From assembly GCA_000320545.1 (NCBI GenBank), contig ADNK01000501.1:139448-203447 (forward strand): 64,000 nt of DNA, read 5' to 3'. This DNA comes from Bigelowiella natans CCMP2755 (taxonomy: Eukaryota > Protista > Cercozoa). Shown here one piece after another: positions 53,436-64,000 of the stretch (position 1 is the stretch's first letter; the number at the start of each line of letters is the position of its first letter). A program made the position numbers and the translations under genes. The notes under the pieces are model-generated. The model had not been told where the DNA came from and did no database searches. It saw only the letters and a list, made by a program, of their open reading frames with translations.

Positions 53436-56215
53436 ATGTGTTAGGTGTTGGCTGACGGAACTTCATCTAGGATCAACGGAAGAGCTCGCTCAGCCGTCCT
53501 CCCCTTCGCGATTCCCACTGTGGTGGGCTACTCGATTCTGGGGACACTGGGAACACTCTGAAGATACAATAGGCGTCGATGAAACGCGAACGTAAGCATC
53601 GCAGGAGATTTTTTGTTCTGAAGAATGGTCCGGAGTATGAGCTCGGATGTCATTATCGATGTAAACTTTCTTTCTAGGGTCACGGAGCGTGGATACCTCC
53701 AAGGCCGAGGGCGATGATAACGTTGACACCGGTTTCTGTGAGCATGATAATCAATTTCTTCCTTTAAATAAATAACGTTTCTCCCACTTTGATACAGATT
53801 CAAGCGAGGTTTCAATCGGGGGCAACGTTGAGGTATGCAGGAGGAGAACAGCAGCACCCAATACAAAGATGACTGAAATTTTCATGCACCTATTTCCATA
53901 TTTCGTCACTTACTTATATTGTTTTCGGCACAGGTTCCTCTGCACGTGTTGTCTGAAATAGTATCATTGGCCACCGGCTTTGGTATCAAGGTAAAGCAAT
54001 AGATATGCAGATTGGTGAAATATTTCTTGAAAGAAGAAATAGGTCATATATACGCATTCTGGACAATTTAAATCTCCTCGAATTAAAATTCAGATTTCCA
54101 CCCTGGTGGTGTCATACACTCTGAGCGATTTCGCCTCACTGCATGGGATGGCAACGACACCCATCATGAACCAAGATATAGAATTAGAAGAGGACAATCC
54201 ACAGAGACCAACGTTTCGAGGTAAAATTCCAATATCAACTGCTGGATTTAGGCAACAGCATGAGTTATCTTTGATTGTCAGTCGCGTCTATTCCGTCTTC
54301 GTCATCGTTGCCACGATCGGCGTGCGTGGTGACAGTCCACGTGCATGAAGCTCGAGGGCTTGCTGCGGCAGACTTGATCAACAAGAAATCGGACCCATAC
54401 ATGCGCATCCAGATTGCTAATAGAAAATTAGACACAAGGGTCATTCTTACTAAATATGGACACATGTAAAATACAGTTTGATGTGATTTTACGTTTCATT
54501 TACGTGCGAATGTAAACATGTATTCAAATGGATATGAATCAATTTTGTATCACGTTGATTCAACTAATTATTCTGTGATATTCATTGTGTGCATCCCCCT
54601 ACGCACGTAGGTGGTGATGTCAAATGTCAATCCCGTCTGGAATGAGATTTTCAGCTTCCAGATCTCCTCTCCCATCTACTTAAAGTGGAGTGATAGTTTA
54701 GATAAAAGTTATTGGAGATTTCGATTAACCGAGATAAAACAAAGCTAATTATGCCAAAGCTGCTGTAAATATCCTTACATGCTCTATTTTACATCTTCAA
54801 TCCAAATGAACCTAATGGATACTGTATGTGTTTCTTATAAAAAATTGTGTGACTATATTACCGAGCAGTTACGTGACCTTACGCGTTTATGACTACGATA
54901 CCTTTACCAACGGGACGGACCTAGGCAGGTGTGATGCATACTTTTCTCATTTTTCCGTTTTGTAATCTTCACATCTGTTTCCTTTCCTTCGTGCTATGTT
55001 TCCCCCCCCAGTTTAGCTTCAAAATGATGATGTTTTCCAATTTAGGACGATGATCCCACTAATGACATCCGAACATGGCAAGATTGATGGGTGACGATTG
55101 TAACGCACGAAGTTATTATTACCATGATGTTTCTAACCACTAAGCATCATCATCATCATCATCGCCATCATCATTATAAAATTCTATCATTAGCTGGTTC
55201 CCATTGATGCGTAAGAATCGGTCTCAAGCCGTGTCAGGCGGTAACATCCAACTTATTCACTCTTTCTTACTTAATTTCCTGTCGCTTCCTATACGATGTA
55301 GGATGTGCCATAACATTAACCACTGTTGCTTGTATATGTTTCTATGAATCCGAGCCTCAAATTAAAGACGATATCTTCCTTCCCTCTCTCCTCCTCCTCC
55401 TCTTCCTTATCCAGAGATTCGTATATCTATAACACTGAGCAAGCCAGGACTAGTGGATTCGCAGCGAAGGAAGATGGAAGATGCCGTTAGAATCAAAGTG
55501 CGCGACAGTAGTAGTCACAGTTGGGGTAGGGGTGGAGATAGCGCATACGTAGGCAGAAGGAATACAACAACTTTACTTCTTGAATACTAATTTCAACTAG
55601 ATCGTCGCTTTAGCACGCAGGCACGTGCGCAATCACAATATCGACTTACGCTACTATGATGAGCAATGAATCGCCTCATTTTGATCATCATCCTCCATCT
55701 CTTCCTCCATGTCTCCCTCTAATTTAGTTTCGAGACCATAGTATTAGTTTTCTTGATGGCGAGCAGATACGTATGCTTCCAGGAGGTTTCTATTGAAGAT
55801 TATTTAATCATGCGCATAGAAAATATATACATCATATTTATTTATTTGTATATACACATATGTGCGTATGTGGGGTGTGAGTGTGTGATTTCTCTTTAGT
55901 GTGTATGTCTCGCCTCTCTTCCTCTCTGGAAGATTTCAAAACAAGTTTCACACTCCTGGGCAAAAAGAATGAAAAATACAGATGAATCATCCCCCCCCCC
56001 CCCCCCCCCCTCCTCTAATAGTATAGCATGAACGTGCGGAACTGTTCTAGAACACATCATTTATGATGATGCATGCAGTAATCATCCCTATCACCACCTT
56101 TCCTCCTCCTACATTATCCAGACGCAGAAAAGGTCGAAATGCAGGTCAAGGGAGTGATCATGGCGGTGCATGGATTGAGGTATTTAGGGACACCTCCATC
56201 ACTCTTCGAGGAGGG

Positions 56216-56256
<41 letters not shown>

Positions 56257-56933
56257 AGAGAGAATACAAATACAACCCACGGAATACTGGCCTGTTTCTC
56301 TCGCCGCATCATAATTAATTGTCATCGTGCGTGTTTGGACAGATCACGGCAAGGAACGTTGTACTTGACCAACTACAGGTTATTTGTGGGGAATGCAGTT
56401 ATAAGGAGAGAGGGCAGGAGGAGGGTGTTGTAGAAGTAGTAAAAGGGTTAGTACGAACAGCAAGAAGAAGGCGAATCAGAACAATGTTTGATGATTTTAT
56501 CCTTATTTGAAATTATCGTGAGATAAAATCTTTCAAAAACAAGAATGACTTTTGTTTTGCCCCGCGGCCTTTGGCGTTTTCAGCAATGCGCTGAAGTGTT
56601 ATAGAGAAGAAACAATATCCTTCACTTGCAAATGACAAAAAATCGATACCTTCTCCTGTGTGAGTCGTCGTCGTACGCCTAAAAACCATCTACATAAATA
56701 CTTTGGATTCTCATCAAGAATAAGTCGTTTAGTACCAGCAACGTTTTTCCTCCTTTCTTCCTCCCTCTTCCCCTCCCCTCTCTCCCCTCTCTGGGTGTGT
56801 GGGCATGGTGATTGTACGCTCGAAAATAGATTGCTATTTTGGCCTGGAGAGAAAGAAGAGGATAAGGACAGTGTATCGAAGTTTCAATATCATCCTAGAG
56901 CCAAGGTAGAGTGTTTAAGTTATAGCCATTATC

Positions 56934-56967
<34 letters not shown>

Positions 56968-57926
56968 TCAAAATCATCGTCGTCGTCATTCACCATCGCC
57001 ATGCTCATCGCAAGACCTTCTTCGTACAGCAGTAGAATCTCTGCTCTCTTGTGCGATCCTCCTCCTAAACACCGTTACTACTCACCTCACTGAATGACAT
57101 ATCTTGCTTTCACTTGCATCGTCGTCTTCGTCCTCCTCCTCCACTAATGTTGGTTGGTTCTTTCTATGTTGTCGTAGCGTGGATTCGACACTGCCATTCC
57201 ATACCGCCTGATTGAGCGTGTGGCGGAGGTCAATGCAGCAGCTCTAAGGTATTATTAGCGTTGCACCCCGGTATTGCAAGAGAAGAGGTGGCGGTCAAAA
57301 GCTAGTTGTTGTGGTGGTGGTGATGATGGTAACGAGTTCTGTGGCGATTTTATTCTGTTCGCACACCGGCAAAGACAACGAACGATGATGAGCAACAATG
57401 ACGCATAGCAATGCTAGAAGAAGAGTCTTTGATAATTGATAAAAATCACGCACAACTTAAAACTTCCCGGCGGGCAGTTGATGATGACGATGATGAATAA
57501 TAATGTGAAGGGTCAAGACGAGGATGATGGAGATTCGAGGACGAGACTTCAGGTTCTTAGATGATGGTGAAATATGATGACGTTGACAGAAACTAGAAAG
57601 TGAATAGTAATGAGGATGATAATTATTATACTGATAATAATGATGATGACGACGACGACGATGATGATGATAATGATGATGATATGCCTTCTCTTTTTTA
57701 AGATGAAGTAGAAGTAATATGACGCTCTCCTTTTCTGCCTCCTCCTCCTCCTCTTCCTCCTGCTCCTACTCTTCCGTCAGGAAATTCAACTTGATTCTGA
57801 CAAACGAATGCGATCCGAAAGCTATTAACTTCCACATCATTTTGAAGCGTCTAGTGGTACCTTGATCAAGCGAGATAAGGAGGATATATATGTGCCTTTT
57901 GGATCATTTTCACTGACAGTAGGCTG

Positions 57927-57964
<38 letters not shown>

Positions 57965-58419
57965 GTACTACAGATTCACCTTCACAATAACATCCCATAT
58001 GCACGGTCCATGGCTGCTGCTGCGAGATGCAACAAGGCTAAAAATGATAGTGATACCGGTGACGATGGCAAACTGCAATCCTTCTCACGTACTATTGCTA
58101 CTGATAAGGAAGATAACATAATAAAGCATAACTAGGGAGTACACATGCATATACATGCATATGCTCATGTGTATGATGTGTGTGTGTGTGTGTGTGTGAC
58201 CTCCTTAGGCATTTATAACATGGAAGATGAATACCGGCGGCAAGGTGGGTAGGGTAGAGAAGAGATGATGAGAAAGATGCTGATGATGACGATGAATCAT
58301 AAAAGCGTGCATTAAAAGCACTGCTGCTACTTACTGCTGCTGTTGCTGTGCACTGACAAGCATTATGATGTTGATGATGAGTAAGGTTAGTAGTAGTAGT
58401 GGTGGTGGTGGTGGTGGAG

Positions 58420-58455
<36 letters not shown>

Positions 58456-59659
58456 GTAGTGGCTTTTGTGGTGGTCAATCAACACGCAGGATTCCGCAAA
58501 AATAGTAAGTTCTGGAGGATATCTAGAGCAAACGAGAAGTACTCGCTGTGCTCATCGTACCCAAAGCTGCTGTTAGTACCCAAACAGGCCACGGACGAGC
58601 TCCTCGAGTAACTACTGCTACTTCTACTAACTACTGCTGCTACTACAATAAATCAAATAGTGATTTCAAATCGTCGTCAAAACATTAGTGCTTGTTTGTC
58701 TGTGTTAATGACCACGTACACCACCACCACCACAAGAATGGGTATTATTATTCGAATTAAGTAGTAGTCCTTGCAGTGGTGGCTGCTATTCTTCTTGGCA
58801 GTTATACCACTGTACCAAAAGTTGTAACGGTAGTCGTTGTGGTGGTGGCTAGCAGCAGTAGCAGCAGCAGCAGTGAGATGGTGATCTTTACCATCAAATT
58901 CATCTTGATTCATTGGTTCATTGATGATGAATATTCCACCATCCATCATCAGGAGTGTGGGTGGATATAGATCCAAAGGAAGAATACCAGTAGCTACCTG
59001 GTCAGTAAACATCATACGCACACAGCCCTGCAGATTAATAAAGTATCATCATGATAGTTATTGCGTCGTCATCATCATCATCATCACCATCATCATCATC
59101 ATCTTAAATCACCTTTGCTTGTATAGGTATCACCCAAGGAACAACTGCGTGATTGCACGGTGCGCTCAGCCAATGGGTCAGTAACGATAACACCGTGTAG
59201 CGGAGCTATCGCTGCGTTCATATGCAGAGCACTTGCACACATATATATTATGTTGAAGAGGGGGGGGGGGGGGGGATATGTAGAGAAGGATACGGGTCCT
59301 TAACATGATTTGGCTGCTGCTGCTGCTGCTGCTGCTGCTGTAAGCGTGTCACATTAATAATCTCTCGATGGTAGTAGAAACGCTATAGTAGTAGAGGACA
59401 GTGTCTTTTCAATCTCAATGCTCATATCTGAGTAAATACTGCTACTTTCCGTTGTCGCTGTCGTCGTCAGTTGGTCTAATGGGAAAGCAAAGCAAAGCAG
59501 ATCAACTGCTTATTGAGGTGTAGTAGCAGTAGTAGTAGTGGTAGTAGGTTGTTGTTGTTATTGTTGTTGTTGCAACCAACAGACTACCCCAACCCTCCCC
59601 CCTCTTTTCCTCCTCCCCCGTGATGTCCTCTACCCCTCCCCTACTACTACTACTGCTAC

Positions 59660-59690
<31 letters not shown>

Positions 59691-60444
59691 CTATTCTTCT
59701 AACTGAAACATGTTCTATTCTTCGCAACATTAGATGCTTCGTGCTTCCTCGGATGCGCCCGACCGCGAGCTGCTCATCTATGACTGTCGCTCTGCGGTAT
59801 GAAGAGAGAGTGAGAGAGGAGGAAAGCGGGGGAGGAGGGGGGGGGAGAGGAGACGACACGACGAAAAAAGGAGGAGGAGGAGAAGGAGGAGGCAGCAATA
59901 ATAATTATGGGGAAAATCACGAATCTTATTCATACATCAAAACGTTCAGACACATACCCGCACACGATATAACACACACCTTGGTCTTTGGGTAGGTTGC
60001 TGCTAAGGCTAATGAAATACTAGGAAAGGTGTCATTGCTGCTGCTTTTAGAACGAAGAAGAAGAAGAAGGAGACGGCAAGATATACACAAAATCCATCCG
60101 ATCATATTTGTATGTAATGCGTATTGCTAATTTTCGTGACAGGGCTCCGAGAGCACCAGATACTACACAAAATGCAGGATCATGCAAGGTGCGAAGACGA
60201 CTACGACGACGACGAGATCACTTTCCTTCTTCTTGGAAACATACACAGAATAAGCCGTATCTAATGAGCTCTCATGTGTATTCTTCTTCTTGTTCTTCTT
60301 CTAATATCTAGGGAACATCCCAAATATCCATGTTGTCCGAAAGAGCTTCCTGCAGCTCAATGAAGTAAGTGTTACTCATCGTTCTTCTTCTTCTTGTAGC
60401 TTACAGAAAAGGTAAAGGCACTCAAACTACCATGCTGTTTTGTT

Positions 60445-60484
<40 letters not shown>

Positions 60485-60789
60485 ATGTTTCATGACAGGT
60501 GTGCACGCGCGCCACGCACGGTTCGGATGAAAGCTGGTTACAGAAACTTGCACAGACACTGGTAATGGTGGTAGTAGGAGGAGGAAATAAGAAAGAACGA
60601 TAACTACTTATGATTCATCAATTGCTCTATGCAAATATGTGCGTGTGTATTGCCTATTTATCTGCCTACCTATATCAATTTACAGTGGCTGCAGAACTTG
60701 ACGCTAATCATCAGCGCATGCACCACATGCGCCTACTACATCGAGCAAAAGAAGCAGTCGGTGCTTGGTAATAACTGACTACTTTAACA

Positions 60790-60835
<46 letters not shown>

Positions 60836-61277
60836 ATAATAGCACGCACACATACACACATACACACTCACGCAAGCATACACATATAATAGAGTGTATA
60901 TTTACTCTTTGGTGCACTGATAATTATCATCACCATCATCATCATCAGTACACTGCTCGGATGGTTGGGACCGAACAGCTCAAGTTTGCGCTCTCACACA
61001 GGCAACACTAAAATAAACAACAGCAGCCATTACAAGGAAGATTAGGAGGAGGAGGAGGAGGAGGAGGAGAGGCACTGTGTGCTGTGATTTAACATCGTCA
61101 AAGTTCTCCTTAGCCATGATGCCCTCCTCCCCCTTCCTACTCGCCTTCTCACCACCCGTTCAATACATACCTACCCCTTCCCTCTGCAGGTTCTCATGGA
61201 CAGCTATTATCGCACGATAGAGGTATTCTCTTCTTCTTGCTAGGGACGAATAACGGCTCAATGATATGCTGATATGA

Positions 61278-61309
<32 letters not shown>

Positions 61310-62430
61310 ATATAAACAGCAATCTATGTAGCGCTGTATAAGCTCTCATCCGCACACTCTTCTATATGTGCAATCATTGAAAAGCTCTTCGCTCTCCTCC
61401 TGCTCCTCCTTCTCCTCCCGTAGGGCATCATCGTGTTGATAGAGAAGGAATGGTTGTCGTTTGGCTTTAAATTCAAAGATCGGTACTGCTGCTATATCTT
61501 CTTCTTCTTCTACTACTACTACTACTACTACGATCAAAAGCTTAGTGGTTTCGCATGTAATAGTAGCTGGCAATATGTTTTAAATCTGCTTTCTCGTGTA
61601 TGATCTCCTGAGGCCTCCATGCCTCCCTCATGCTTGCAATCGTATGAATATTGATGAATCTCATCAGTGACATCGATTTTTTGGTTGTTAGGTATGGCAT
61701 GTGCGAGAAGCTGCAGGAAAAAAGCCCGATTTTTATTCAGTGGCTGGACTGCTTGCATCAGGTAATGTAAGGGGGGGGGGGGGGGGGGGAGGAGGAGGAC
61801 GATGAGGAACAGCAGGGAGGAGTTATCGAGAAAAAGCACACATGATGTGTGCATGGTGGCGATGAGTAGAGAATCGAGTAGAGACTTACAAAAGTTGAAG
61901 GAAGCTTATGTGTTATATTAATTAATGTCACCATCACCATCGTCATCATCATCATCATCGTCATCATCATCATCATCATTATCATCATCATCTTCGCCGT
62001 CATCGATCAACAGGTCGTTATTCAATTTGAGCATTGCTTCGAGTACAATACAAGGTTGATAAAAATAAAAAATAAATGAATAAATAATAATAATAATAAC
62101 ATGTGATTATTCTACGGTTGACAACACCTGGGATCAGCACAACGGACACCAGCCTCAAGCCTTCCTCCCAAAATCGTCTTTGTGCTGTTTGCTTGCAATT
62201 TTGCACGAAGCATATCGTGAATTACTGAGAGGGGGATCGATGGTGGTGATGATGATGATAATGGTGATGATGCTGCTAGGTTTCTCTTCGACATATGGAT
62301 TTGGAGCCATAGCATGTGGTTTGGAAACTTCCTGGGGAACTCTAACAAAGAGCGCCTTGAAAAGTACTAGCAGCAGCAGTAGTAGTAGTAGTAGAAGAAG
62401 AAGAAGAAGAAGAAGAAGAGGGAGAAGATA

Positions 62431-62479
<49 letters not shown>

Positions 62480-62681
62480 GAAGAAAAGACAAGCTCAGGA
62501 GAGAAGCAAGCCCAGAGAAACCCAGAAACATTGTGCAAAGTGTCTCGTCAATGCGCTTGTGACATGTGCTTCCCACCTCTCCCTAGCTAAAAAGTGTATG
62601 ATGCAGCGTTACTGCTGTTGGTGTTACCCCCGATCACTGATGTTCCCTCCCCCTCCCCCTCCTCCTCCTCCTCCTCCTCGC

Positions 62682-62712
<31 letters not shown>

Positions 62713-62941
62713 TGATATATCCGATATCTATGCCCACCACCACCAGTCGATGCGCTCAGAAAACGATATCTTTATGGGCAATGGTGGAGGCGAATAAGCA
62801 GAGATACGTCAATCCAAACTATGTTAGACCTTCTTCTTCATCAGCGTCGTTGGCATCATTTCCTCCTGATGGCGGCGGCGCTGCTAGCAAGCACGTGTTG
62901 ATGCCTATCAGCGATTGGAAAGTGCGACGTCCACCAGCATT

Positions 62942-62972
<31 letters not shown>

Positions 62973-63265
62973 CTATCATCATCACACTTACCGTCGTTTG
63001 CCGTTATGGAAATGATCTATCATGTGAGCATTGTTTTCATCGTTCTCGAGTTTCTACACCACCCACTTCATCCTCCTCCGCTCTCCATCGTGATGATTTG
63101 TCAGTTGTGGTAGAATCGTGCTTTCCTGCTGTAACTAGCTGGTAGCCGCTAGTGTGTTCTTTATTATTATGTATGATCGTGTTTGTTTTTCTCTCATCCT
63201 ACAGATATTCAAGCTCTGGGATGTGTATTTGCAGCATAGTGATGTGTTTTGGGCTTCTAGAGGTG

Positions 63266-63310
<45 letters not shown>

Positions 63311-63462
63311 GTGTGAGTGTGTGTATGTGAGTGCGTGTGCGTGTGCATAGTGACCTATATTCTTTGTAGTGGTTTGTTTTTCTGGTCATCGTGTCGTTTA
63401 TTCCCCACGTCGTCATCATCATCACTTTCTAAGCTACAGTATAGTAAATAGTGGTAGTAGTG

Positions 63463-63493
<31 letters not shown>

Positions 63494-63613
63494 AGCAGTA
63501 GTAGTAGAGACGTTGTATATATATGTGTTGTTTATCTGATCATGGTTGTGTCGTTGTCTTTGGCGGTGTTTCCTATTAATGGGCAGGTCCCTGGTCGGCT
63601 ACTCAGATCTCAG
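53436..63613 (+). CDS. Myotubularin phosphoinositide 3-phosphatase with N-terminal C2 and PH-GRAM domains (5' start uncertain; may continue past the window)
   Basis: C2: VTVHVHEARGLAAADLINKKSDPY...VNPVWNEIFSF...LRVYDYD. GRAM: GTLYLTNY/RLLF. Phosphatase: WRISRANEKYSLCSSYP..L.VP, RSKGRIP, RCAQP, IYDCR, catalytic VHCSDGWDRTAQ, IEKEWLSFGFKF and FIQWLDCLHQ. Confidence 0.92.
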
Positions 63614-63744
63614 GTCATTTGTTGTAGTACTATATGTATACATTTATGTCTTTCATCTTTTTCTTCCTCCTTTTCTTGTGTTTCTTCCTCATATTCTCTT
63701 CATTCTGAATTCGCGCTCTAGATGACGACGAAAGTGTGTCTTTG

Positions 63745-63809
<65 letters not shown>

Positions 63810-63892
63810 TCTCTCTCTATACCCTTGTGTGTAACTAACTACGGGTACTACAGCTGGTGAGTGTGTCCTTGTGACAGGGACGGAGAGATAAA

Positions 63893-63924
<32 letters not shown>

Positions 63925-64000
63925 TGTATAACCGCTAGCTGTGTGGGGGAGGATGTGTGCGCTATGTAATTACACAGAGACAGACACAGACACACCCACA
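55100..64000. repeat. Microsatellite-dense introns of the myotubularin gene
   Basis: (CAT)n, (GA)n, (GT)n, (GTA)n, (CTA)n, (CTT)n, (AT)n and G/C runs occur in nearly every intron. Confidence 0.95.

Noticed and set aside
53490-53866. Minus-strand ORFs upstream of the C2 exon
   Set aside because: They have no recognisable motif. GT-AG-bounded plus-strand exons in the same interval fit the myotubularin 5' region better.

Overview
Eukaryotic nuclear DNA, gene-dense and intron-rich, with GT-AG introns that are often filled with microsatellites. The style suggests a protist or alga, possibly chlorarachniophyte-like (inference only). I can reconstruct about 14 spliced protein genes, and their strands alternate strictly (-,+,-,+...): ankyrin-Roc (ROCO) GTPase, TM/coiled-coil/EF-hand protein, 2OG-Fe(II) dioxygenase, rhomboid protease, SET-MYND methyltransferase, signal-peptide zeta-toxin-like kinase, UBE3B/C-type HECT E3, Claspin/Mrc1-like acidic protein, FHA + AP endonuclease, small coiled-coil protein, Kelch protein, SAM-importin-alpha fusion, EB1, and C2-myotubularin. 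Four signals stand out. (1) A ~2.7 kb intergenic island (31.9-34.6 kb) in which TpA is almost erased except inside CTAG, while CpG is kept, suggesting a context-specific TA->CA/TG hypermutation process. (2) A DARPin-like ankyrin array on the ROCO gene with a DNA-identical framework and variable binding positions. (3) A CGACA-N11/12-TGTCG dyad motif in the divergent promoter spacers. (4) Several unusual domain fusions. Exon boundaries and counts were done by eye, so gene ends are approximate where stated. No tRNA, rRNA or CRISPR array was recognised.
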